Part shown: in pieces, positions 51,285 to 64,000 of the stretch
How positions within the stretch are numbered: position 1 is the stretch's first letter
How the letters are laid out: each line of letters opens with the position of its first letter
Assembly (NCBI RefSeq): GCF_902652985.1
Contig: NC_047020.1
Span: forward strand, 9,982,001 to 10,046,000
Reading direction: 5' to 3'
Source of the DNA: Pecten maximus
Lineage: Eukaryota
Length of the DNA stretch: 64,000 nt
The notes under the pieces: model-generated
What the model was told of the DNA's origin: nothing
The model's input: only the letters and a program-made list of their open reading frames with translations
The model's database searches: none
Program-made: the position numbers and the translations under genes

Positions 51285-54200
51285 ATGATGGCTACAACTC
51301 GGAGTCTATGGTGCATGCTATGTGTGTTTTACTTAACTGGTAAGTGTCAACGGTTTAATTATAGCGTTGCTATAGATATTTGAGTATTTATCATATATTT
51401 GTTTGCATTACTCTCGTAGAATAAAGATGTCATAAAGAGGTTTTCTTTGTTGCTTAACATTGACATTATAATCACTGTTATTTCTGTAATATTGCTAATG
51501 ACATATATGATTGAAATATTTTTTCTGTAAATGCATATAATGACATAGATACAGTTACAGCGGAACTGGACTGGACTGAGCTCCGGTGGTCAGGTAGATC
51601 AAATTGTTAGGGCATCCGTCTATAGAAACTTTTGAAATGTGATATGCCTGATTTAGATGATTAAACGGTTGGTCAGAAGCTTCATTTGTTGATACGGTGT
51701 CCGGAATTGTCAGCTTTAAAGATTTTCTGGTTTAGAAAATTTGTTTTCAAAAAGTCATCCAGGGAACTCAAATAACTATGATAGAATTAATCTATTGGGG
51801 TTAAGTAATCTAAATCTTTTGCGAATCTAAGTGCGGCAAGATTATTTATTTACAAAAGAAGAAATATGATGTTGCTCCATAAAGGAAATGACCAAATATT
51901 ACGGGTATTTTATTTATTTTTATTTTATTTATTCATTTTATTTTATCTATTTTATTTATTTATTTTTTTACACTAAGAAAATTCATTAGATTTGCTTTCA
52001 ACCCATTATGGAAGTCATAATAATACTTAACTTTAAAACAAAATCTTCAATAGTTGTAATAGATGCGTATCTGTAGAAGACGGCATCGTAAAAGTTGACA
52101 TATAAACTCGCTATTATTCAAACTGTCAATGAAACTGTGATATTATAATTTCGTTTATATCTTATTGCATATGATCTTTGATAAGTTCTGTGAGGAACTT
52201 CAGAGGCCCGAACCCCCGAGACTCTATGCTTGAGGCAATAAAATGTTTTACTTTCAAGAGAAAAAAACGAGCGTACGATGTATGATCAAATTTGGGACTC
52301 TCCTACATTGCAGTATGTCCACAATTGCAATGCGATCGTTGAAAACTCAAATGTATACGAAACATTGTCGTTTGTTTAGTAAAATGATTTCTTTTTTATA
52401 GTCGTATGCCCGACGTAAATAATGAATACTAATTGAGAGTGGAAGCAGAAGACTTACCATTCTATAAAATCTGTAGACCCTGTGGAATATATATCGTCCG
52501 AATAGAAGTTATAGTTATTTACGGGAGATATAATGTCGGTTTCCTTTACACGACGGTGTTCTCTTGATGTCTTCAGAAAGTTCTGTCATTTTGATAAGTT
52601 ACAGCTGTAACAATGCTATACAGATTGTATGCGTATATACGAGGGCTGATTGATATGCTGTGAGCCTCATGTTGAAGGATTTGAATTTTGCCGGACATAT
52701 CGTATCATTTTTCAACATAATTCCCTTCAGTATCTATACACTTTTGCCAGCGGCGTTTAGGGGCCTCAATGCCACTTTTATAGAACTCCTTTTTCTTGGC
52801 TGTTCAGACAGTCGTCCACTGCATGTATGACGTCAAACATCGGACTGAAAGTGGGTGCCTGAAATAGCTGGTTTCAGTTTGGAAATAGATGAAAGACTGA
52901 TGAAGCGAGATCAGATCAATAAGGCGGATGTTCAATCAATTTAAAGCCACAATCTTGTATGGCAGCCATGGCATGGACAGATTTGTGAACAGGAGCATTG
53001 TCCTGATGGAATTACACACCTTTAGTGAGCTTTCCGCGGCGCCTTAAGTTTAATCTGTCCCGTAACTGCCTCAGAAGTGAAGCATAGTAAGTGCCATTGA
53101 TTGTTTGTCCCTTTTTGAGATATTCTATCAGTAGAATACATCTGTATCCAAAAAAACCTAGACCATAACACCTTCCCAACTGATGGAACAGTCATTGCCT
53201 TCTGTGGCGGGGGAGAGCCAGAGTGTTTCCATTGTTTCGATTGTTGTTTGGCCTTTGAGGTCAAATGATGGACCCATGTTTCACCCATAGTGACAAATGA
53301 GAGACGAAAGTTGAAAGGATCTCCCTCAAAAAGGTTCAGATAAGCACGCGATAATGTGCGCCTGGTGTGCTTCTGATCAACTGTCAGAAGTCTTGGTACC
53401 CATCCGGCCGAAAGATTTCTCATTGCAACATCCTCGGTCAGAATGGAATGTACTCCTTCCTGTGAAATGCCACTTCTAAGGCTACATATATTTCTGTCAT
53501 AACAATATCATGAACTTTATTAACCATTTCTAGGGTTGCAACATTGACAGGCCTTCCAGTACGGGGTTCATTCTCAATGCTCTGTCGGCTGCGCTTAACT
53601 TACGCCACCCACCTTTTCACTGTAGCATATGAAGGGGCATATTTTCTCAGTGTTGCTACCATAGCATTATGGATATTCTTAGATGAGACCAGTCGTTGGG
53701 TACACGGCCCTATATAGTCAAAGAATAGAAGGACTTAAAAAGAAGATCCTTTGGTACCTCCTTCATTACGAGGCTCACAACTTATCAATCAGCCATGGTA
53801 TTATATCTATAAATATATATTCCCACATGCAGTTTCGCTATTTGTCAAAATATCGTCATTTTGCAAAATACCTACAATGAACCTGATGTTGATAAAGGTC
53901 GTTCCATTTACTACCCAGTAGTAGCACAGGTCACTCCCTACTCACTATCTTGTAATGTCACCACCCAGTATTGGTAAAGATCACTCCATACTCACTATCT
54001 TGTAATATCACCACCCAGCAATGATACAGATCACTCCATACTCACTATCTTGTAATATCACCACCCAGTATTGGTACACAACACTCCATACTCACTATCT
54101 TGTCATGTCACCACCCAGTAATGTTACAGATCACTCCATACTCACTATCTTGTAGTATCACCCAGTAGTGGTACAGATCACTCCATACTCACTATCTTGT

Positions 54201-56096
54201 TATATCACCACCCAGTAATGTTACAGATCACTCCATACTCACTATCTTGTAGTATCACCCAGTAGTGGTACAGATCACTCCATACTCACTATCTTGTAGT
54301 ATCACCCAGTAGTGGTACAGATCACTCCATACTCACTATCTTGTAGTATCACCCAGTAGTGGTACAGATCACTCCACACTCACTAACTTGTCATATCACC
54401 ACCCAGTAGTGGTACAGATCACTCCATACTCACTATCTTGTTATATCACCACCCAGTAGTGGTACAGGTCACTTATTTACCGATAACGATTGATGTTCAC
54501 AGCAAATACTTTTACATTTGTTTATATCTTGTCTTTTTCAGTTCAGTATACAGATTCCATCACTGAACCAAACAACACAATAATAAACGTAACAGGTAAC
54601 TATGTCCTTAATATATTCGAGATTTACAAAGAGGACTGTTTTATATGACATTGTCATCATTAGATTAACATAAACGTTAGATTCTCTATAATGACAGACA
54701 ATGATCTGAATCGTATTAGTTTTTGCTTTAAAAAAAGGCGAGAAATCTGACTAAGTAAAGATGGCCAAGACTTTTTTAAAAGTAACACATGTCTATTTCA
54801 TACATCGTGATATGAGAGGAAAGAAGCCAGCTTATTGTTGGACAATTAAGTCATTATCATATTGTCTAATTTTTTTTCGTGTAAATTTCAAGATTATCAA
54901 ACTTTTTTTTATTCCATTGCTTTGGTGAATGCCTTGTCATTTGAATACTACTTTTATTCGAGAGGGATGAATATGATATATCCTTGTCTTCAATTGTAAT
55001 ATTGATTAATCCTTTGCTAAACGTTTTAAAATTATAGGCCGAAGCTATGTCTTTTTCTATTTTTGTTATTGATGTAGCAACATATGGTTCTGCTGCAAAA
55101 CATGTAACTAATTCTGGACACGCTTACAGGTTACTTAGCATGGGGAGAGGATTTAACGCAGACCATCATCGTAGTATCAAATGCTACCTGGTTTGATGCA
55201 GTCGAAGAATGTAAAGCCTTGCAGGGTTATATGACTTTGTCTGGACCATTTGGCGTTCCTTTTGTTTATATAAGAAAACAATTGTTTATCCATTTCCAGG
55301 AGTAAGTATCACCTACTTTTGCCAGGTATGTCGTAAATACTACGTTTATCGTCATTCGTCTTTCCATAAGCGATTAACATGACATGATTCTACTATTTTT
55401 TATTTAATTTAGGTTGATTGGAGAACCGCTGTGGATTGGTTTTCACAAACCAAATTTGGACGGAGTATGGTATATCGGCACAGACTGTGGTAATCCCCTG
55501 GACAAGACATCTTACAACACATTTGACAATGATGACGCCACCAAGCGACAATGTGTCTTACTAAACACAACAACTAATCCTAGTAATATAGATTTCAGCT
55601 GGTATGCAGCATCATGTCATGAACGCCACTCCTTTATTTGCACCAAGTATCTAGGCAAGTACTTGTTATTCAAATTTCAGATATTCTATAGTATATAAAG
55701 AAATGCAGTNNNNNNNNNNNNNNNNNNNNNNNNNNNNNNNNNNNNNNNNNNNNNNNNNNNNNNNNNNNNNNNNNNNNNNNNNNNNNNNNNNNNNNNNNNN
55801 NNNNNNNNNNNNNNNNNNNNNNNNNNNNNNNNNNNNNNNNNNNNNNNNNNNNNNNNNNNNNNNNNNNNNNNNNNNNNNNNNNNNNNNNNNNNNNNNNNNN
55901 NNNNNNNNNNNNNNNNNNNNNNNNNNNNNNNNNNNNNNNNNNNNNNNNNNNNNNNNNNNNNNNNNNNNNNNNNNNNNNNNNNNNNNNNNNNNNNNNNNNN
56001 NNNNNNNNNNNNNNNNNNNNNNNNNNNNNNTGATGATTGATGATGATGGTGGTGGTGAGAACGAGGATGATTATTGCAGATGAGGATGATGACTAT

Positions 56097-56138
<42 letters not shown>

Positions 56139-57875
56139 GATGGTGATGATAAGGATGAGGAAGATGATGATATGATGAGGATGAAGATGAGTGTGAGTAG
56201 TGAGGATAATTGTTAAAAGATTATGGCAGTAGTGTACATGTGCAGGTGATATATTAAAATTATTGACTGTTAATGATATATGTGTTCTGGAAAATAAAAA
56301 AATTATATAAAAAAAAACAAAGTGCAGTCTAAATATGTTAAGTATTAATGGTGTTGAAATATTTAGTCCAAATAAAAATCTATACGTTAATGATAAATAT
56401 GTCATAAGTTGCATTAAATAAACCTCAGTGCTTCAAAATGGCTCACTTTGTATCTATAGTCCTAACCTTGTAGAGGTGTATTTATTATCATTGAACAATG
56501 GCTTGTTTTGGTGATTGTTTTAGTAAGTCTACTTGTTATGACTGTAGATACTGGGTATTTGAAGGAGTATATAGGAATGGCAAAGCTAACAACAGATGTC
56601 CTGACGTACGTGAAAACTGTTAATGCCACGTCGCCTGAGGATTGTAAACATCTGTGTTATAGCTATGAACGCTATCACTGCGAGTTCGACTCTTCAAGTT
56701 CTACTTGCACCACATCGGAGCGTGATATGACAGTTTTCCCTATTGAGTTCAACCTTACCTATGTTGGCATCGAAACCATTTCATATGTGAAAAGCCAAGA
56801 TAACCCAAGTTTGTATACTGTAAACATGTATATTTTGGTAGTAATCTCTATTTTCGCGATTACTGCAATATAACCATTGCACAAAGATATTATTGTGCTA
56901 ATGAGTGTCGACACTGTATATATTAACTCCGAAGCAAATAATGTGGTTTAGTCGATGTGATAGTATGTTGTAACTTAATATGAGGTTTTTATCGACCATC
57001 GAAATACGTTTTATTTACACTAACTTTGTATCCTTAAATAACTTTTTATTTATCACAAGATAAATGTCCATCACTTGATAGACTAAACATTGAAACAACT
57101 CGAGTAATATTATTATTTACTATAACACATTATCTAAGGACAAACATGGGTGCCATTTCGAAATGTTTATTACGTAAATAATATATAGAAAAAATGTTTT
57201 TACAGTTGTCATAACAACGGTTGCTGTCCCAAATGTTACTTATAACCACACAGATTTGCCTTGTAAGTATAGTAGTGTTATAATACCGGTATAGATATTA
57301 CTACATATCTAGAAAGAAACAATTAACCATTAGTTAAGTTGTCGTAAGTATAGAATATTAATCATTGTTAGAACAATCTAACATTCCTATTTCAGACTTG
57401 GTGTACGTTCTCTGCCAGTTCATGAGAAGCACCTTTAAACGTAAATTTAACAACAGATTACCATGAAACCAAATGATAAATTCTAAAATACAACATACAA
57501 TTATTTTCTCCTTCTAGAACGCCTCAGTAATATCAAGGGTTAAACTTGTGTGATTCCATAACTAATCTTCTTAATGGGCGTAAAAGAAACCAAATAAAGA
57601 AAAGGGTTAGGTGCATCAACACCATAATTGAATGATTTCGTAATTTATGGATTTTATTCAGACATGGAATGTAGAACAACAGCAAATTTCATTTTAAAAT
57701 ATCTTTCTAATTACATGTTCATCATTTTAGGCTACACTGATCCTGTGCAGACAACAGCATCAACAGTGGCAACAACAGAAATCGCAATATCACCACCTGC
57801 AGCAACATCAACTATAGCAACAACAACTGCAGTAGCAGTATCAACAGCAGTAAAAACAACAACGTCAGCAGTATC

Positions 57876-57906
<31 letters not shown>

Positions 57907-59661
57907 GTCACACCGGCAGCAGACGTATCAGCAACAACTACAGGTAGTGGAGCGTTTGTTTGGCCATATCTGACTTTATAAAAACATAAACATAGATTCT
58001 CTTTTAACATTGAAATGCAAATGACGATTGTGAATTACATTGCACAAGTATGGCATATAAGGAAAGATTTCAATTACGAAAAATGTCCATGTCAGATATC
58101 ATTAAGACATCTGAGCAAAGTAAGAGAAATATTTTCGAGACAAATTGTTAAACAGTGGGGTTAGGTGGGTTTTTTTCAGAAATCTGCATATTTTACCTTA
58201 AAATCTGCAGTTTGAACTATTTTTCCTATATACATGTTTCTTGCTATGTTCAGAGTTCTTCATAGCGCCTTAAAGAGCGTTTTTGATGAACGAAATGCCT
58301 CCATATATGCCATACTTATTATATATTATTCACAACCGCCATTTGCTTTTTAATGGCAATGCTTTTATAAAATCAAATCTGGTCAACCAAACGCTCGCAC
58401 TACCTGCTATAGACAATTGTGCCCGTAACGGTGTGATTATTTTGTGCATTGTGTCTGATCCACATAGGCTTTCTGTGTTCTCCTGAAATTTGCATAGTAG
58501 CTTAGTAAATCAAATGTCAAAAGCAAGACCCATAGATAACCATGATACATATTATCAATTGGTCAAGTTACTGTTGTTTTTTTTTTAATTACAACAGATT
58601 AGGGATTAATATGCTTGTAAAAAAGATTGGATTTGATATCTACATGAACCTTGATTTGAATATTTTATATTTTTACATTATAGGGACCAACCAACCAATT
58701 GTTTTTCCATAGACATTATTGTTAAAGTTTTGGAGTATTTCATTCAAATTCTTGAATTTAATATGACAATTATGGTTTATAACAAAAGTTAAGGGTCTCA
58801 TATAACACCTAATCCAAAAAACAAAAGTTGGGTCCTTCAGCTCAAATTTTCTCCATGGTAGCCATTTTGAAAATGGGTGAATTTCGCAGTAAAAATTCTC
58901 AAAAATTTGACATGTTTATCTGTTAATTATTATAACCTGAACTTTTGGGGAAAAAATCAATCGGACTTACGGAATTTATATCAACATTTCTTATGGATAG
59001 TTACCTATCAGGCTACATATCTATTTTCTTACTTCATAACATACTGGCCAATCAGTGGCTACCAGACATTTTATCCTTGGATCAACACAGGGGATGTTTC
59101 AAAAATCTATTTTTTTTTCAATTGGTTGGTTGTTCCCTATAATAATGAGCAATGGTTCATTACATAAAATTGCGCTTTTTGAAATGTTTCGTCATTTGAA
59201 CCTTTGATTTGAGAGTTGTAAATTGTATCATTAGCCCTTTATCCATTATTTAGATATGGTCTCCACTGATACATGGATATTCTATTGCAGCAGACTTCCC
59301 CTCCTCCGTGACAGTAAGCAATACATTATACCTCAGTCCAGAACAGGTACAACAACTTGTCGTCGAAATAAAACAGGAGAACACGGTTGATGTCAAAACT
59401 CTTTCATCGTATCGGAATAAATTTATAAGTGTCCGGGATAACCGACCTTCGTCAAAAACTATTGGATATGTTGGCGTAATATGTATAAGTCTGTTGGTAG
59501 GTCTTTTAGTGGTTTCAGATGTACCTAAATTTATAAATGACAGTAAGTCTTTACACAACATTCAAGCAATAAACAATGTAAAATATAAAAAGAAATTCTT
59601 CTTTAAAAAGTCAAAATTGAAGAACAGACTAATGTTGAACTTGCGACGTAATTCCATTTAG
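51285..59661 (+). CDS. Paralog D: C-type-lectin-like + PAN-like + long Thr-rich stalk single-pass membrane protein, ~474 aa
   Basis: Exons 51285-51339 (MMATTRSLWCMLCVFYLT), 54542-54595, 55130-55301, 55413-55654 (GC donor), 56548-56808, 57206-57262, 57731-57943, 59291-59661 (CAGCAG tandem acceptor); sum 1425 nt and open. TM GYVGVICISLLVGLLVVSD; ends LRRNSI. Confidence 0.83.
52640..53798 (-). mobile_element. Near-full-length, inactivated mariner transposon in intron 1 of paralog D
   Basis: Imperfect ~40-bp TIRs (cgagggctgattgatatgctgtgagcctc and gaggctcacaacttatcaatcagccatgg), with TA on both sides. Transposase motifs WVPRLL, VTMGETWVH (D to G), HQDNAP and a degenerate HPPYSPDLA, with frameshifts and stops. 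Confidence 0.92.
53913..54472. repeat. 47/50-bp minisatellite, ~11 copies
   Basis: Unit cacccagtagtggtacagatcactccatactcactatcttgtagtat, with or without an extra cac. Confidence 0.93.
55710..56030. other. Assembly gap (N run) in intron 4 of paralog D
   Basis: Continuous run of N. Confidence 1.
56031..56190. repeat. Imperfect (GAT)n microsatellite abutting the gap
   Basis: gatgatgat... tract with gag/ggt interruptions. Confidence 0.9.
58683..59137. mobile_element. MITE with 19-bp TIRs and TA target duplication, in the last intron of paralog D
   Basis: gggaccaaccaaccaattg ... caattggttggttgttccc (one mismatch), with TA(TA) on both sides and no coding capacity. Confidence 0.8.
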
Positions 59662-61236
59662 TCGTGGAGAAACTACGGTTCATTACAAATCTTCAATGTA
59701 AGAATATGATGTTGTTGACTCGTGTGATAGGGTACGGAAAGGATCAACAGTGCTCAGTGAACGTTACTGTTAAGTATCAGGATGATATTAAAATGTGTTG
59801 TGCTTTGACCAAAGTCTTTTGTGTTTGTTATAATGCTGTGTTTCGACAGTTAACAAAATACGCCATTGTGTAATACTTCATATCAAGACATTTTGTTGAC
59901 ATAGATTTTGTCTTTTGTCTTGTACAGGATAACAATAAATTCATGAGCAATTTACATCTCGCTTATTTTGCTGAACTTACAAATAATCACGTCATCAAAT
60001 CCTTCTCCTTAAAAACCAGAATATAGCCAGGATAGTACTCAGATCCTTAGCTACATGTTTGACTTTATTTCTATTTAAAATCGATTAGGTTTCTTATTCA
60101 CAAACAATGGAAGTAACCATCACTGGCATGGGGCTATATACGGAGCGAGTGTTGTCAGTGTCGTCAATGCTTATACATGAATGACCATTCTCTTCCATGT
60201 CACTCGTTAACGTCACAAAAAGCGATGAATGAATGTGTAGATGATTTTTAAATTAAAATTAGACTTATGATTTCCGCACATCTACGATATTCAGGCGCGC
60301 AGCTGCCTGTAGGCAGGTACGCAGGTGAATCCAGTTTTTTATATATAAAAAATGTATCAATATGAAGTCAAACGCACCTTGTATTCATAGTAGAACCATA
60401 TAGTGACACTGACACATCGGGAAGTAAATGGAAATTAACGTTTACTGGGGGAAAAGCCGGACCATCGAATTTGTTTGAACTCCATTTTGATATTTTCAAA
60501 ACTTCAAAACTTTCCAAAACTTTCGGACTCGCGCCTACGGCGCTCGTGAATCCATTTAATCAAGGGCCCAGCTACGCCCCTGATACTCTACGATACACTG
60601 CAATAGATCTGTTAGTGTATCACAGAGTATCGTACAGGAGTGGAAATAACAACTCAAATTTTAATTTGTTTGAATTGATTCATTACTTCATCAGAAACAT
60701 TTAATCGTTTAAGTTATTAAAGATGTTTGTCTGGTCACTCCGGCAATATGAGTGATTGTACAAACAGATAAAACTTGTCTGAACACCAAATCACGTTGAT
60801 TTTTATCCGGAATGTGTAATAGACTTGCATGTAAATATCATTTTGATTCAAAAAAGGAATACAACTGGCTCTTCGATTATACTGGAGATCAAAGGTCTGG
60901 ATATCCAGAATGGAATCTGAATACGATAGTATGCTTTTCAAAACATTTTCTTTTGATTAGTCAATATATATATATATATATATATACATTTGGTACAATA
61001 TCCTATAACATAAATGTGTTTGTGACAATTGTCATTGACCTGGGCAATATGTACATGTAATTCTGACTCAAAATCGGTAGAACCACGAACAAAAAAAGAT
61101 AGATTTGCAGGGAGAACATGTACAGGGAGAATAAGACTATGCTTTAAATAATGATCATATCTTCAACAATGGCCTTTTGTGTTATAAACAAATGAGAAGA
61201 CGATCACACGCAATATAATTTCTAAACGAAATGCAT

Positions 61237-61454
61237 GTTGTTTGTTTTTGTTTAACGTCCTATTAACAGCCAGGGTCATTTAAGGACGTGCCAGGTTTTC
61301 GAGGTGGAGGAAAGCCGGAGTACCCGGAGAAAAACCACCGGCCTACAGTCAGTACCTGGCAACTGCCCCACGTAGGTTTCGAACTCGCAACCCAGAGGTG
61401 GAGGGCTAGTGTTAAAGTGTCGGTACACCTTAACCACTCGGCCACCGCGGCCCC
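61237..61454 (-). mobile_element. Full-length tRNA-derived SINE with V-domain
   Basis: Minus strand: ggggccgcggtggccgagtggttaagg (A box), gagttcgaaacc (B box), ggtttttctccgggtactccggctttcctcc (V-like core), and tail ggacgttaaacaaaaacaaac. Confidence 0.8.
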
Positions 61455-62234
61455 TACGAAATGCATGTACTACAATCCTCTGAAAATAACAATCACAAAA
61501 AAATGTAGATATATAGATCCCGAGAATCATGTGTGAGTTTCAATTTGACATGAAAAAAAAAAAAAAAAAAAAAAAACTCTAACGAGTTATATTACTTCAT
61601 GTCACTCTCTTATGAAATTGAAACTAATCTTAAGACTTTGTTAATAAGAAAGGTAACATACTATTCTTTAAAAAATAGTCATGGAAAAAGCCGCATTTTA
61701 TCAGACTAATATGAACACTATCGTCGGTTACGTCACAATTCATATTACAATACACTTCAATAAATTATGAATCTCAATTACAACTATTGAAAGGACCTGT
61801 TACAGGTTAAATTGATTTTTGCCAACGAGCCAATTTAATAATTACCGGGTGATATTTGTAGTTCTATAGGAGACAACCTATGAAATATATTAAAAAATTC
61901 AAAAGGTCACAGGGCCCTGTTATTTGACCTATTTTAATATCATCCTTCATGGGAGTGTGACAAGGTTCCATTTTTAGTCAAAATAATGCACATTTAACTC
62001 TTCTTTTTTTTTTGCTTCAAAAAGTTATCATTTTCTTTAGAGTGATATTTACTGCAAATCATAGAAGCATTTATGCAACAAAAAAAAAGATCTATTAAAA
62101 AAATTACACAATCTTAAACCCCAAAATATCTATATTTTTAAGCCAATTTTAAGCCATGTTCACTTTTTACGGAATTGGTACAACTACTTCCGGTTCTTTT
62201 ACACCCAAAATATTTGGCAATTATTTGGATCATT

Positions 62235-62531
62235 ACCTGCTGTCCGCATTGCATGATCGTAAGAGGCGACTAAATTTGGGATCTTATCTTTTCTCTTTTT
62301 TTTCTTAGGAACTTTCTTCTTCCTATTGTCTCCCTTGACAATGCCTCGCTTTTGGCCTTTAGTTGAGCGTTCGCCCCTGTGAGGAAGGCTTTGGGTTCTG
62401 TCCCCTGGCCAAGATATACCAGAGTCTTTAAAATTGGTAGTTGGCTTGCTACTCCTGCTTAGCGTTCAGCATATTAGGAGTGGGACGACTGGTTCGCCCG
62501 TTGTCAGTATAATGTGACCGGGTGGGGTGTC
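62235..62531 (+). mobile_element. SINE-derived composite (Deu/Nin-like piece, tRNA-like head, Meta-like domain)
   Basis: gatcgtaagaggcgactaa; then tggcctttagttgagcgttcgcc...gggttctgtcccc; then ctttaaaattggtagttg...cctgcttagcgttcagcat. Domain names are from recalled consensus only. Confidence 0.5.
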
Positions 62532-63934
62532 ATTTCCACATTACAATACACCAGTGACACATGTACAGCACAAGACTAAGAACACCATATGAATCAACAT
62601 GTACATAGTAATTAAAATATCCACTAATTTGTACCTGTGACATGTAATCTATTTGGTGGACATTTTAAATTTGAATCTAATATCATATAGATCACGAAAA
62701 CATAAGATTTGGATCACTGTTGGAGATAATAAGATATGTTTCTTTTCATTTGTTACTTGTTAATTATGAAAAGTCGATCGAGTTGTTCATCCTGTCATAT
62801 AATCTCTGGGTACATGCTATAAAGTATATTAGGTTGTCCTTAAGAATTAAGCTTCCTCTCGTGTATAACCTATCACAGTATTCCCTTTCATCATTAGACG
62901 ACATCTAAAACAAATAAGAAAACATATACGAACAACATATGCATAGATGCAGTTACTAGATAATATTTCTACATAACTATTTTTACTCACTGGTTCACAC
63001 TGAAAAAATATGGTGTGCTACCATGATTAATCGTTACACGAGTTACATCCCCTGAAATACTCCGTTCTGTTCCGATATTTTCCGTCGAATGTATTGGCAA
63101 TTTTTCGTATTTATCGTTTAAAGTTTACTTTTTATCTCAGACTCTTTGAACATAACATAAAAAAAATCATAAATCAACAGTTTATAGTATATTAAACTTC
63201 AAAATATTTCTATTGCGAGCTTTCTGATCCCCCCGCCAAAAGAGCCGGTGTTTCGAAAGAAATCGGGACAAAGACAGAAGACAGGGGTAAACGAACAGAA
63301 AAGTGTAGCCTACAACTGTCAGGATGTCGGGCTCAGAATCAGAAAGTAACGATGAGGCTATGGACCAAAGTGACTCATTCATGGTAATAATAGCAAACAC
63401 GTAATTTACGAATTAATCCTGATATGGCTATCACTTTCTCTTCTTTGTCATACCAAAATTCCAAGTCAGTTTTTCTCGGTTAAACACATTTTACCGTCAT
63501 GGTATGCAGTCATAAACGTCGATGGAGTAGGAATAATAAAGATCCTTATCCGTTTTCACCACTATCAAATTGACATCATTGTGTTATTCACCAGGTAAGG
63601 CACTTTATATCGCTATAATTTATAAACAACATCTTCGGATAAAAATGCATGCGCGCAGAAGCGACGCATGGAACTTGCTGGGAGTTTATAGAACAAAGTG
63701 CAAGTCTTTTTGCTCTGCATCTTGTTCCTCGTCAGAACCCACTGATATGATTAACGACGAGAGTGGTACCCTGGTTCTGACTGATATTGTTGAGTGCGCA
63801 CGGATCTTAATGCCTCGCGATCGACTGATATGCGCTGACTGTATCTTCGTCCAGTTGATTCCAAACTATTTAGTTAGTTTTAAACGGGGGTAACTTTTCC
63901 AATGACTATCCATTTGAAAATGAAATGTAACAGG

Positions 63935-64000
63935 AGAAGAGAAAATGTAGCAGCCAGACCGGGGTTCGAACCCGGGACCTCCAAACACTAGCCGGATGCT
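63935..64000 (-). mobile_element. tRNA-derived repeat (SINE-like), truncated at the window end
   Basis: The minus strand reads ggaggtcccgggttcgaaccccggtctggc, a T-arm/B-box. Confidence 0.55.

Noticed and set aside
1-54472. CRISPR-like appearance of the many 20-75 bp repeats
   Set aside because: Units are head-to-tail with no unique spacers, there are no cas genes, and the context is a spliced eukaryotic genome.
55686-56414. ORFs spanning the N run
   Set aside because: Artefacts of the gap and the (GAT)n tract.
61380-61454. tRNA gene
   Set aside because: A and B boxes are present but continue into a SINE body and tail, with no clean cloverleaf.
63182-63893. Two short ORFs near the window end
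   Set aside because: No recognisable homology or consistent exon structure; possibly decayed retroelement sequence.

Overview
AT-rich, intron-containing animal genomic DNA, not prokaryotic. It is most likely a bivalve mollusc, inferred from the SINE/HINE types and the gene family. The window holds (1) a mitochondrial ornithine carrier gene (SLC25A15/ORNT1-like) with five coding exons, + strand, 2417-9186. (2) A tandem cluster of four paralogous type I membrane protein genes that I assembled exon by exon: A on the minus strand and disabled, B, C and D on the plus strand. Architecture: signal peptide, C-type-lectin-like domain, PAN/apple-like domain, Thr-rich stalk, a conserved unnamed juxtamembrane motif, one TM helix, and a tail ending RRxS[IV]-COOH. 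(3) About ten minisatellite arrays. (4) Transposon relics: mariner, DDE_Tnp_4-type, Penelope-like RT, HINE, SINEs and MITEs. The most striking pattern is that several arrays are amplified splice junctions of the genes they sit in. The whole 3.5-kb last intron of SLC25A15 is about 80 copies of its own 3' splice site plus exon start, each reading CAG|GTATCA. An intron of gene A is about 30 copies of its own exon end plus donor, and gene C shows two early-stage cases. All coordinates, counts and translations were done by eye; no database searches were run.
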